64,000 bases of DNA, from assembly GCA_964491485.1 (NCBI GenBank), contig CAZBGV010000003.1:4878-68877 (forward strand), read 5' to 3'. The first letter of the stretch is position 1. The number at the start of each line of letters is the position of its first letter. This document shows, piece after piece, positions 47,697 to 56,372 of this stretch. Made by a program: the position numbers and the translations under genes. The notes beneath the pieces were generated by a model. That model searched no databases. It was given only the letters and a program-made list of their open reading frames with translations, and was not told the origin of the DNA. This DNA is from an uncultured Woeseiaceae bacterium (GTDB lineage Bacteria > Pseudomonadota > Gammaproteobacteria > Steroidobacterales > Woeseiaceae).

Positions 47697-48158
47697 GCCG
47701 GCAGGGACGGGGCAGCGAGGGGGATTTGCGCAAGGGCCGCGCGTCAGCGGCCGGAGCGTGCCCTGATACGCGTTTTTCTGCTGCCACTATTGAGTCGAAA
47801 ATGACAAGAATTCCGGCTGAATTCAGCGCTTCGCGAGGCGCCGATTCGCGCCGGTGAGCCCGAAAAAATACCATCCCGGGCCGGGAATGTGCCAGCACCC
47901 GCCCCTCGGCTTCGCGGGATGCCCGGAAATTGCCGGGCTCGGCCGCCGACCTGCCGGTCACGATGCTGCCCCGCCCGCGCAAACGCAGGCTGGTCCAATC
48001 GTGCCGGTTTCCACCGGCAGGCGTTTGACCCGATTGCGAAGTGCCTTCACGATACCCGAACCGCTGCGAGTCATAATGAGAGGCGCATCGTACGCGAAAT
48101 CGCGGGCGCTCGAAGCCGGCTGCAACCGCCGGCATGCGCTCCGCCCGGGAAGACCCAC

Positions 48159-49220
48159 GTGACCGGATCCGACGACGATACGGCGCTCACGCGCACCGTT
48201 GCCAGCACGGCGACCTTGAAGCTGGCCAGCCTGCACTCCATCGACCCTTTCTATACGCCGCTCGAGGAACGCTTCGAGCGCATCACCCGCCTGGCCCGCC
48301 GCGCCCTCAAGGTGCCGATCGCCGCGATCACCGTGGTGCAGGACGACCGGCAGTGGTTCAAGTCGATCGCGGGGCTGGCGCTCACGGAGCTGGCGCTCGA
48401 CAAGAGCCTGTGCGTGCCGGTGCTGAAAGAGGGCCGCCCGGTCATCGTCCCCGATACCCGGCTCGAGCTCGACCTCATGTCCAAACCGCTGGTGTGCGGC
48501 AATCCCGGGATCCGCTTCTACGCCGGCGCGCCGATCCGCAACGCGGACGGCAATACCATCGGGACCTTCTGCGCCATGGACGTCCGGCCGCGCACGCCCG
48601 ACGACGATTTCCGCACGATCCTGGTCGACCTGGCCGACATGGCGCAGCGCGAGCTCTTCTCCGTCGAGCTGCGCAACGCGCAGTCCGCGCTGGTCTCCAA
48701 GCTTGGCAAGGCACGGCGCCAGGCGATGTTCGATTCCCTGACGCGCCTGTGGAACCGCCGCGGCGGGATCGAGCTTTTGGACTCCGCCCTGAAAGAGGCG
48801 ACGCGCTACAACCACACGCTCGGCATCTGTCTCGCCGACATCGACAACTTCAAGCAGATCAACGACCAGTTCGGGCACCAGGTCGGGGACCAGGTGCTGC
48901 GGCGCGCGGCCGGCGGCATCGTCGCCTCCGTGCGGCCGCAGGACATCGTCTGCCGGTACGGCGGCGAGGAGTTCCTCGTCATCGTGCACGACGTGAACGA
49001 GACCGGGCTGGTCGCCGTCGGCGAGCGGATCTGCGCGGGGATGCGCAAGCTCGCCATCAGCCTTTCCGGCGAGCCGCTGCCGGCGACCATCAGCGTGGGC
49101 GTGGCGCTGCGCGCGCGCGACCAGTCCATCGGCGCCGACGAGCTGATCGCGCGCGCCGACCGTGCGCTGTACGCCAGCAAGCGCGCCGGGCGCGACCGCG
49201 TCACCGTGGGCCGGGAATAG
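48159..49220 (+). CDS. GAF-domain diguanylate cyclase (GGDEF)
   Basis: GAF-like N-terminus, DSLTRLWNRRG, and an intact RYGGEEFLV site. A GTG start was chosen (GGGAAGA upstream), but the start is uncertain. Confidence 0.85.
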   Translation: MTGSDDDTALTRTVASTATLKLASLHSIDPFYTPLEERFERITRLARRALKVPIAAITVVQDDRQWFKSIAGLALTELALDKSLCVPVLKEGRPVIVPDTRLELDLMSKPLVCGNPGIRFYAGAPIRNADGNTIGTFCAMDVRPRTPDDDFRTILVDLADMAQRELFSVELRNAQSALVSKLGKARRQAMFDSLTRLWNRRGGIELLDSALKEATRYNHTLGICLADIDNFKQINDQFGHQVGDQVLRRAAGGIVASVRPQDIVCRYGGEEFLVIVHDVNETGLVAVGERICAGMRKLAISLSGEPLPATISVGVALRARDQSIGADELIARADRALYASKRAGRDRVTVGRE

Positions 49221-49300
49221 GGGTCGAACCGATTTTTCGCTGGCGCCAACCGGGAACCCGGGGGGTGAACCTTCGCCAGCGAAAAATCGGTTCGACCCCT
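49219..49300. repeat. 27-bp perfect inverted repeat (28-nt loop) between convergent genes
   Basis: aggggtcgaaccgatttttcgctggcg ... cgccagcgaaaaatcggttcgacccct. The outer imperfect arms gggaatagggg/cccctattccc include both stop codons. Confidence 0.8.
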
Positions 49301-49316
49301 GTTCCTCCCCTATTCC

Positions 49317-49964
49317 CTACAGGAGCCCCTCGAGGCTGTCGAGGTCGTTGATCACCCGCCACGTGCCCCCGGATTTCTCCACGCGCGCCTGCCAGTCGGC
49401 CAGGCGCCCCAGGTACTCGCGCGGGTCCACGTTGTCGCTGCGCAGCTTGGTCACGTTGAGTGCGATGACCTCGAAGCCGTCGAGGTCGAAGGTAATGTCG
49501 CGCACGTAGCCGTCCTTCAGGTCCTCCTTCAGGTCGGAGAAGATGAGGATCGTCTTGCGCCGGGTGCCCTTCTCGTTCAGGAACTCGACCGCCTGCAACA
49601 GCCCGCCCGTGATGTCCGTGTAGGGCGAGGAAGTCGCATTGTGCACGAACGCCGACACCTGCTCCGCGAACAGGCGCTTCTGCCGGTTGATCGTGCTCGG
49701 CCGGTCGTCGAACGAGGTTTTCGCCACGATGTCCTTTTCGCTGAAGCTGCCGGTGTCGATACGGGCGACGGCGAACGAATCGGAGGCATCCAGGCGCGCG
49801 AGCGTGTGCCGGATGATGTGTTCCGCCTTGTCGAGCTCCTGGCGGTACGTGCCGGACGTGTCGAGCAGCATGTAGACGCCGGTATTGTCGTTCCCGGCGC
49901 TGTGCATGCAGGACGCGAGCAGCACCGCCAGGGCGACGCCGGCGGCGGCTTTTCCGGGTTTCAC
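49317..49964 (-). CDS. vWA-like lipoprotein
   Basis: The GTG start overlaps the upstream stop (GTGA). Lipobox LLASC and MIDAS-like LLDTSGT..TDITGG..IFSDLKED. Confidence 0.6.
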   Translation of the reverse strand: MKPGKAAAGVALAVLLASCMHSAGNDNTGVYMLLDTSGTYRQELDKAEHIIRHTLARLDASDSFAVARIDTGSFSEKDIVAKTSFDDRPSTINRQKRLFAEQVSAFVHNATSSPYTDITGGLLQAVEFLNEKGTRRKTILIFSDLKEDLKDGYVRDITFDLDGFEVIALNVTKLRSDNVDPREYLGRLADWQARVEKSGGTWRVINDLDSLEGLL

Positions 49965-51388
49965 GTGCCGACCCTCGTCAGGCGCGAGCCGCCGCCGGAG
50001 TGCGAACGGCCGTTCTTCGCTTCGAGCCACAGCGGAATGAAGAGCGGCAGGTCGTAGAGCTGCTCCGCCAGCATCCCGAGGTAGCGGACCGCGTTGCCCA
50101 GCACGCGCAGCACGAGCGACGCGAAGCGCAGCAGCCCGATGCCGGCGAGCCCCAGCACCGTGCGCAGGGAGTGCACGAAGGTCTCGAGCGGGATCGCGAC
50201 GAAGGTCAGCGCGAACGGCAGGATGAAGCCCATGCCCATCTGCGCCGCGGTGGTGATCCACAGGTACTGGCCGCTCAGCGTCGCGGTTCCCTCGTCGCCG
50301 CGCAGCAGCGCATTGGTCGCGAGCTCGTCCTGCAACAGCACCTCGCGCATGTACGCGAGACCCGCCTCCACGCTGGCGAGCAGCAGCAGGATCGTGAACG
50401 TGATCCACACCATGCGTACGCGCACCTTGTCGGGCAGCGCTCCGATCACCGGGAACAGCCGCGTGATCCTGAGCGACTCCATGAGGAAGAGGCCCATGGA
50501 GATCTCGACCATGATGATCACGAGCGCCGCGATGTCGGCCGTGCGGAAACCGCCGATCAGGCTGGTTCCTCCGACCATCTCCGCCATCGGCCGGGCGATC
50601 AGCGAGAAGTTGATCGTGGCGCCGCCCACCGCCACCGCCAGCACCAGGGCCGAGACGAAGAAATACACCAGCGAGGACGACGACAGCACCGACACGGCGC
50701 GATCCTGGCCCCTCACGATGTCCTCGTACTCCTGCATGTGCCGGTCGATCGCCACCGAGCGATCGAGCAGGCTGTCGACGCTCTTTCGCACGTGCCCGAG
50801 CGTCTGCTGGACGTTGCGCCATTCGGGGCGCATGCGGTGCAGCAGCGCGTGGCGTTTCGCGCTCGCGTCGCGATAGGCGACCAGTGCTTCCTGGTGCGCC
50901 TTCACGAGTGATTTGTGGATGTCCCCGAGCACGTCGCTGATGCCGACGCGGCCTTCGCGCGAGTCGATCTTCGCGACGGCCTCCACGGCTTTTACCCAGC
51001 CCGGCGGGTCGGGCGGAATCTCGACCGCGTCCTGGTGGTCGGCCTCGATGCGGCCGATGGCGTCGGACAGCGAGCGGTGCAGGGCGGCGTAGTTCGCGAG
51101 GTCCTTGCGCACGCTGTCGCTCACCCGGTCGAACTCGCGCTCGACGACGCGCTCCTTGGCTTCGCGGCCGGCCGCGAGCAGCACCTCGCGGTTGCGGCGC
51201 GCGAGGTTCGATTGCGCCTGGCTCACGGCACGCGAGGCGAGTTTCAGGGTCTTGTGCAGCGTATCGGCGGCCGCGCGGATCGCGCGGTGCGCCGTCGGGC
51301 GCGCGAAGTAGAGCGCCGCGACGACGAGCACGATCCAGAGCAGCGCGGAAATCACGGGCCAGGGCGTCAGCCCGAGGAGGAAGCTCAT
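49961..51388 (-). CDS. uncharacterised integral membrane protein (1 N-terminal TM, helical soluble region, 5-6 C-terminal TM)
   Basis: 475-aa track ORF. The ATG lies directly after the riboswitch-like leader. I recognise no family. Confidence 0.7.
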   Translation of the reverse strand: MSFLLGLTPWPVISALLWIVLVVAALYFARPTAHRAIRAAADTLHKTLKLASRAVSQAQSNLARRNREVLLAAGREAKERVVEREFDRVSDSVRKDLANYAALHRSLSDAIGRIEADHQDAVEIPPDPPGWVKAVEAVAKIDSREGRVGISDVLGDIHKSLVKAHQEALVAYRDASAKRHALLHRMRPEWRNVQQTLGHVRKSVDSLLDRSVAIDRHMQEYEDIVRGQDRAVSVLSSSSLVYFFVSALVLAVAVGGATINFSLIARPMAEMVGGTSLIGGFRTADIAALVIIMVEISMGLFLMESLRITRLFPVIGALPDKVRVRMVWITFTILLLLASVEAGLAYMREVLLQDELATNALLRGDEGTATLSGQYLWITTAAQMGMGFILPFALTFVAIPLETFVHSLRTVLGLAGIGLLRFASLVLRVLGNAVRYLGMLAEQLYDLPLFIPLWLEAKNGRSHSGGGSRLTRVGT

Positions 51389-51484
51389 GCTGGTAACCCC
51401 GCTGTCATAGTTCGAAAGAAACCGTAGACCGGTGGCTTTGCGGCCCTTCCTTTCGGAAAGGTGTGCCTTTTTCAGTGCCGGGGA
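51389..51484 (-). promoter_or_regulatory. c-di-GMP-I (GEMM-I) riboswitch candidate
   Basis: The minus strand reads CCCCGGCACUGAAAAAGGCACACCUUUCCGAAAGGAAGGGCCGCAAAGCCACCGGUCUACGGUUUCUUUCGAACUAUGACAGCGGGGUUACCAGC-AUG. The conserved blocks GGCA(A/C)ACC, a GAAA-capped stem, CGCAAAGCC, CCGG and AGCGGGGUUACC occur in the order and spacing of the Vc2 aptamer as I remember it. Confidence 0.75.
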
Positions 51485-51729
51485 AGCCTTTCACAGACGC
51501 TTTGCGGCGTCAACGAACGCCGTCACCGGTCGCCTAACTGACGGAATTCGCGCGGGCCCCCGCCGTTTTGGCATTCGACATAAGGCGGGCGCCGCTCGCC
51601 GGCACGGCAGCGGGCACGCGGAATCTGAGACGCAGGGCAGCGCCCCGGCCAGGTCGCTCCGCTAGCCTGATCGATCGGTCACGGAAACCGTCCCTTCCTA
51701 TGCAAGCGCGACCGCCGTCGAGGGTATCG

Positions 51730-52767
51730 ATGCTGCTCCGCCTCGCCCGCGGACTCGCGGCCGGCCTCACGGTCACGTTGCTGCTCGCCGCCTGTTCGCT
51801 GCAGGGCACGAAGCCCGAGCCGCAACCCGCCGCGGTGCTCGAGCCCGTCGTCGTCACCCAGGCGCGGCGCGAGCCTGTGCCCGTCGCCCTGCCGGCGCCG
51901 GCGCCCGCCGCCGCTCGCGCGGAACCGCCGCCCCCGCCGCCCGCGGCGGAACCCGAGACCGGCCGCATCGCCATCGTCCTTTCCGATCGCAGGCCGGCCT
52001 ACGAGGGCGTCGCCGTGGAGCTCGGCCGGCTCCTCGGGCGTTTCCTGCTCTACAACCTCGCGGACAAGAGCTTGCCGCCCGGCGCCGCGTTTTCCGGGAT
52101 CGCGGATTCGGGCGCCGAGGTCGTCATTGCGGTCGGCCTCGAGGCCGCCCTGCAGGCCATGCGGTCGTCGCCGCTGCCCGTGGTGTTCTGCCAGGTGTTC
52201 AACGTCGACGCGAGCGCCAGCAGCGCGCCGGTGCGCGGCGTCGCGGCCATTCCGCCGCTTGCCCCGCAGGTGCGCGCCTGGAAAAAAGCCCATCCCGGGC
52301 TCCGCTCGATCGGCGCGATCCTCGGGGAAGGGCACGATGCGCTCATCGCCGAGGCTGAAACGGCGGCTGCGGGCGAAGGCTTGAGCTTCCGGTACCGGAT
52401 CGCCGCATCGGATCGCGAGACGCTCTACCTGTTTCACCGCATGGCGCGGGAGATCGACGGCTTCTGGCTGTTCCCCGACAACCGGGTTTTGAGCATTCCG
52501 GTGCTCAAGGAGATCCTGGGCTACGCCGATCGCCACGCCGTGCAGGTCGCGGCGTTCAATCCGGCCCTGCTCGAGCTCGGCGCGGAGCTCGCCGTGTCCT
52601 CCGACGAGGAAGACGTGGCGGCGACGGCACTGGCGGTCGCCGAGCGCATCATCGCGGGAGAGATCGACGACGTCCCGGCGCTGACGCCGCTCACCCGTGT
52701 GCAAGTGCGGACCGCTTCGGCGGCGCCGTCCGCCGCCGCGCCGGGTGCGGCGAAGGGCACGCGGTGA
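51730..52767 (+). CDS. ABC_sub_bind-like periplasmic lipoprotein (putative ligand sensor partner)
   Basis: Start at MLLRLARGL (GAGGG upstream) with lipobox LLAAC. An Ala/Pro linker follows, then an SBP-like fold (RIAIVLSD..VVIAVGLEAA..PVVFCQVFN). Its stop overlaps the next start (GTGA). Confidence 0.7.
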   Translation: MLLRLARGLAAGLTVTLLLAACSLQGTKPEPQPAAVLEPVVVTQARREPVPVALPAPAPAAARAEPPPPPPAAEPETGRIAIVLSDRRPAYEGVAVELGRLLGRFLLYNLADKSLPPGAAFSGIADSGAEVVIAVGLEAALQAMRSSPLPVVFCQVFNVDASASSAPVRGVAAIPPLAPQVRAWKKAHPGLRSIGAILGEGHDALIAEAETAAAGEGLSFRYRIAASDRETLYLFHRMAREIDGFWLFPDNRVLSIPVLKEILGYADRHAVQVAAFNPALLELGAELAVSSDEEDVAATALAVAERIIAGEIDDVPALTPLTRVQVRTASAAPSAAAPGAAKGTR

Positions 52768-55031
52768 CGGGGCGCCGACTCGCTGCCCGCGTTCGCGCCT
52801 GCACCGTCGGGTTCGCGGCGCGGGTCGCGAGCACGGCACGCCGGCTGCGCGAGGCCGCCGCCGGCCGGCGGCGCAACGCGCGGCGCGCCGGAAAGCGCGT
52901 GCTGATCCGCGAAATCCTGACGCTGCAGATCGTCATCACCGCAATCATCGGCGCGCTGGCGATCGCGGGCCTCTACTGGGGCGGCCAGTGGGTGCTGCAG
53001 GACAACTACAGCCGCTGGGCGGTGCAATGGGCCGGGGAGCTGAACGAGCTCGGCGCGCCGCTGTACCTGCGGCACGACGAGGAGGTCGTGCTCAGGCTCG
53101 AAAGCTTCATCGGCAAGTATCCCGAGATCGACCGCGTCACTTATTACTACGAGGACGGCACGCCGCTTTATTCGATCGAGAATCGCCTGCCGGCGGCGCC
53201 GCCCGTGCAGGCCCTGCCGCCCGCGCTGCAGGATGAGCTGTCGGCGCTCGTCGGCAGCGACCGGCCGTACCTGATCGACAGTCACCTGTTCGACGTGCGC
53301 AGCTTCACGATCCTCGCGCCGATCTGGACCGAATCGATCGCGAGCGACGGGCTGTTCGGCTTCGATCCGTCGTCGCCCCCGCCGAGCGCCCGCGACCTCT
53401 CGGGATTCGTCGGCCTGGACCTCGATTTCAGTGTCTTCCATGCGCGGCTGGTGAAGAACATCCAGATCGCGACCAGCGTGCTGCTGCTCCTCCTCGTGGT
53501 CTCCGGCTTGCTCGGCCGGCGCACGTTGCGCCGGGCGCTCATGGCGATCTCGGACCTGCAGCAGCCGATCGCGGAGCTCGCGAAGGGCAATCTTTCCGTG
53601 GAGTTCAAGCCGGCGCGGCACCGCGAGATCTCGGAGATCGTGGAGGCGCTCGAGTCCACGGCGTCGGCGCTCGGCGAGCGGAACGAGAGGCTGTCGCGGC
53701 TCGCGAATCACGATCCGCTGACCGGGCTGTACAACCGGCGGCGCTTCGTCGAGGAGCTGCGGAAGGAAGTCCGGCAGGCCGGCGGCGGCCGGCCGGGCGG
53801 CGCGCTGCTGTTCATCGATCTCGACCAGTTCAAGTACGTGAACGACACCTGCGGGCATCCGGCCGGCGACAGGCTGATCCGCAAGGTGGCCGACCAGCTC
53901 GGCCGTTCCGTGGCCGGGCGCGGCATCGTCGCGCGCTTCGGCGGCGACGAGTTCGTGGTGCTGGCGACCGGCGTGTCACGCGGCGGGGCGCGCGCGCTCG
54001 CCGAATCCGTGCTCGAGGACATGCGCAGGCTGGCGCACGTGGAGGACGGCAACGTCTTCCACGTGCATTGCAGCATCGGCATCGCGATGATCGGTTCCGA
54101 CGGGCTGGACCACGACGAGCTGATAGCGCAGGCCGACATCGCGTGCCGGGAAGCCAAGGCGTCCGGGCGCAACCGGCTCGCGTTCCACAGCATGTCGGGG
54201 CGCGAGGCCGAGCAGATGGTCGCGGACGTGAACTGGGTCAGCAAGCTGCGCTCCGCGATCGACAACGACGAGTTCCTGCTGCGCTACCAGCCGATCGTCT
54301 GCATCGCCTCGGGGCGAACCACCCACCACGAGGTGCTGCTGCGCCTGAAGGGCGAAGGCGGCCGGATGATCGCCCCCGAGGCCTTCCTGCCCGCGGCCGC
54401 GCGCTTCGGCCTGATGGCGGAAATCGATACCTGGGTGGTCGAGGCGGCGGTGCGCGAGCTCGCGCGCTATCGCGGCGAATCTCCCGACCTGTGCTTCTCC
54501 CTCAATCTCTCCGTGAACGCCTTCGAGGCAGAGAACCTCGCGGGCTGGGTCGGGTCGCAGCTCGCGCGGCACGGCGTGCCGGCGGAAAGCATCGTGTTCG
54601 AGATCACGGAAAGCCTCGCGGCCCGGCACCTCGCGCACGTCGAGAAGCAGATCGACGCGTTGCGCGAGCTGGGCTGCCGCATCGCGCTCGATGATTTCGG
54701 AACGGGTTACAGCTCGTTCAGCTACCTCCAGCGGCTGCCGGTCGACATGATCAAGATCGACGGCGCATTCATCCGCGACATCGTGAACAATCCCGTCGAT
54801 CAGAAGATGGTCCGGCTCATCGGCGAGATAGGGCGCGAGGCCGGCATGCGGACGGTCGCCGAGTACGTGCAGAGCAGCGCGGCCTTTTCACTGCTCGGCC
54901 GGCTCGGCATCGATTACGCGCAAGGCTTCTATATCGGCCGGCCGAGCGCGGCGCCTATCCGCAAGGACATGCCGGTGCCGCTCGCAAGCCGCCGCGGGAG
55001 CAAGCGCAGCCCGCGCAAGCGCACGAGCTGA
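52764..55031 (+). CDS. membrane HAMP-GGDEF-EAL protein
   Basis: Two TM segments flank a periplasmic region. HAMP, RFGGDEFVV, and an EAL domain (LRYQPIV..EITES..DDFGTGYSS) are present. Confidence 0.9.
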   Translation: MTGRRLAARVRACTVGFAARVASTARRLREAAAGRRRNARRAGKRVLIREILTLQIVITAIIGALAIAGLYWGGQWVLQDNYSRWAVQWAGELNELGAPLYLRHDEEVVLRLESFIGKYPEIDRVTYYYEDGTPLYSIENRLPAAPPVQALPPALQDELSALVGSDRPYLIDSHLFDVRSFTILAPIWTESIASDGLFGFDPSSPPPSARDLSGFVGLDLDFSVFHARLVKNIQIATSVLLLLLVVSGLLGRRTLRRALMAISDLQQPIAELAKGNLSVEFKPARHREISEIVEALESTASALGERNERLSRLANHDPLTGLYNRRRFVEELRKEVRQAGGGRPGGALLFIDLDQFKYVNDTCGHPAGDRLIRKVADQLGRSVAGRGIVARFGGDEFVVLATGVSRGGARALAESVLEDMRRLAHVEDGNVFHVHCSIGIAMIGSDGLDHDELIAQADIACREAKASGRNRLAFHSMSGREAEQMVADVNWVSKLRSAIDNDEFLLRYQPIVCIASGRTTHHEVLLRLKGEGGRMIAPEAFLPAAARFGLMAEIDTWVVEAAVRELARYRGESPDLCFSLNLSVNAFEAENLAGWVGSQLARHGVPAESIVFEITESLAARHLAHVEKQIDALRELGCRIALDDFGTGYSSFSYLQRLPVDMIKIDGAFIRDIVNNPVDQKMVRLIGEIGREAGMRTVAEYVQSSAAFSLLGRLGIDYAQGFYIGRPSAAPIRKDMPVPLASRRGSKRSPRKRTS

Positions 55032-55151
55032 TCGGCAGACATTGCTCGTTCGGTATCGGCTCTCCGGCAAGTTTTTCAGCCCCGCTTGCAAATATTACAA
55101 GTCGCGTCGCACGTGCCGCGCGCGGCGTTCGCCCGGTATTTCCGCGCTGCG

Positions 55152-55167
55152 TGGCACACTTGTTGCA
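55152..55167 (+). promoter_or_regulatory. sigma54 -24/-12 promoter candidate upstream of the atypical EBP and USP genes
   Basis: TGGCAC-ACTTG-TTGCA, about 220 nt before ATG 55386. Confidence 0.6.
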
Positions 55168-55385
55168 GCCCGCAGCACCGGGATCGACCGCCCGTCCGAC
55201 CCGCTGCGCACCGACCCGTCCGGAGCGTGCCCAGGACATCAGGGAGCAATCGCCAGGAACGGAGGATCTGCATCTCGCAGAAGCACGACGATGACGTCTT
55301 CGATCGTCGCGCCGCACCAGCATCTTCTTCATCCGCTCGACGAGCTCGCCCGGCCGGGTGGGCGCCCGTCGCGCGAAATCCGCGA

Positions 55386-56372
55386 ATGAACGTGCACAGG
55401 AACGCCGCAACGGAGCTTGCAGGCTCCTCCGGCAACGGCGGCACCGCGCCGCCCACGGAGGAAGGTTTCGGACTGCTGGTCGGCCATTCCGATGCCATGC
55501 GCCGGCTCTACGAGCAGATCCGCGAGTGCGCACCCACGGACGACAGCGTTTTCCTGATCGGTGAGGCCGGCTCCGGAAAGGAACGGGTCGCGCGCACGAT
55601 CCACCAGCAGAGCCGGCGCTCGCACGCGGAGTTCGCGCCGTTGTACTGCGGTGCCCTGTCGCCGGAACTGCTGGAGAGTGAGCTGTTCGGCGACGCGAAG
55701 CCGGGTTTCGGTGTGGCGAGCCGCGAGGGCACGGGTCACCTGCAGCGCGCCGCGAATGGCACCCTGTTCCTGGACGACATCACCGAAATGAACGCCGGCC
55801 TGCAGGCGCGCCTGCTGCAGGTGCTCGAGACGCGCGGCGCGGAGCCCGCGACGCGCATCATCGCCGCCACGAGCATGGATCCCGAGGAGGCGGTGGAGCG
55901 AGGCCGCCTGAACGATGCGTTGTATCGACGCCTCGCGCAGTACCTCATCCGCGTGCCCACGCTGCGCGAGCGCAACGACGACGTGATTCTGCTCGCCGAG
56001 CACTTCCTTGCCGAGCGTAATGCCGAGACCGGTATCGTCAAGCAGTTCACCGAGGGCGCGCGCGACGCGCTCAGGGCCCACGACTGGCCGGGCAACGTGC
56101 GCGAGCTCAAGGAAGCCGTGCGCCACAGCCACCTGCTCGCGGCCGGCACGATCAGGATCGAGGATCTCCCGGGGCGCGTGTCGTCGGCCGGGCCCGGCGA
56201 CGAGGACTACATTCGCGTGAACGTGGGGACGCCGCTGTCCGAAGTCGAGCGGCGCACTATCCTCTCGACGCTCGAGCACTACGACGGCGACAAGAAGAAG
56301 GCGGCGGACACGCTGCGCATCAGCCTGAAGACGCTCTATAACCGGCTGAAGCAATACAACCACCGGCGCTGA
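55386..56372 (+). CDS. sigma54-activator-like AAA+ transcription regulator lacking a receiver domain, with a degenerate GAFTGA loop
   Basis: GEAGSGKE Walker A, LFLDDITE Walker B, RIIAATS, and a Fis-type HTH (LRISLKTLYNRL). GAFTGA is replaced by PGFGVA. The start is uncertain because the ATG has no clear SD. Confidence 0.8.
   Translation: MNVHRNAATELAGSSGNGGTAPPTEEGFGLLVGHSDAMRRLYEQIRECAPTDDSVFLIGEAGSGKERVARTIHQQSRRSHAEFAPLYCGALSPELLESELFGDAKPGFGVASREGTGHLQRAANGTLFLDDITEMNAGLQARLLQVLETRGAEPATRIIAATSMDPEEAVERGRLNDALYRRLAQYLIRVPTLRERNDDVILLAEHFLAERNAETGIVKQFTEGARDALRAHDWPGNVRELKEAVRHSHLLAAGTIRIEDLPGRVSSAGPGDEDYIRVNVGTPLSEVERRTILSTLEHYDGDKKKAADTLRISLKTLYNRLKQYNHRR

Noticed and set aside
47697-48158. 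A 460-bp, somewhat AT-richer intergenic region between maeB and the GAF-GGDEF gene. It contains GAATTCCGGCTGAATTC and several short hairpins.
   Set aside because: I could not recognise a riboswitch, a sigma54 element with correct spacing, a tRNA or a convincing small ORF. It may hold ordinary promoters or an sRNA, but I cannot support a call.
55042-55389. An upstream ORF (the last 32 codons from ATG about 55290, MTSSIVAPHQHLL..) whose TGA overlaps the ATG of the atypical EBP.
   Set aside because: It has no SD and no recognisable sequence features. The overlap may be fortuitous. It matters only because the EBP start itself is uncertain.
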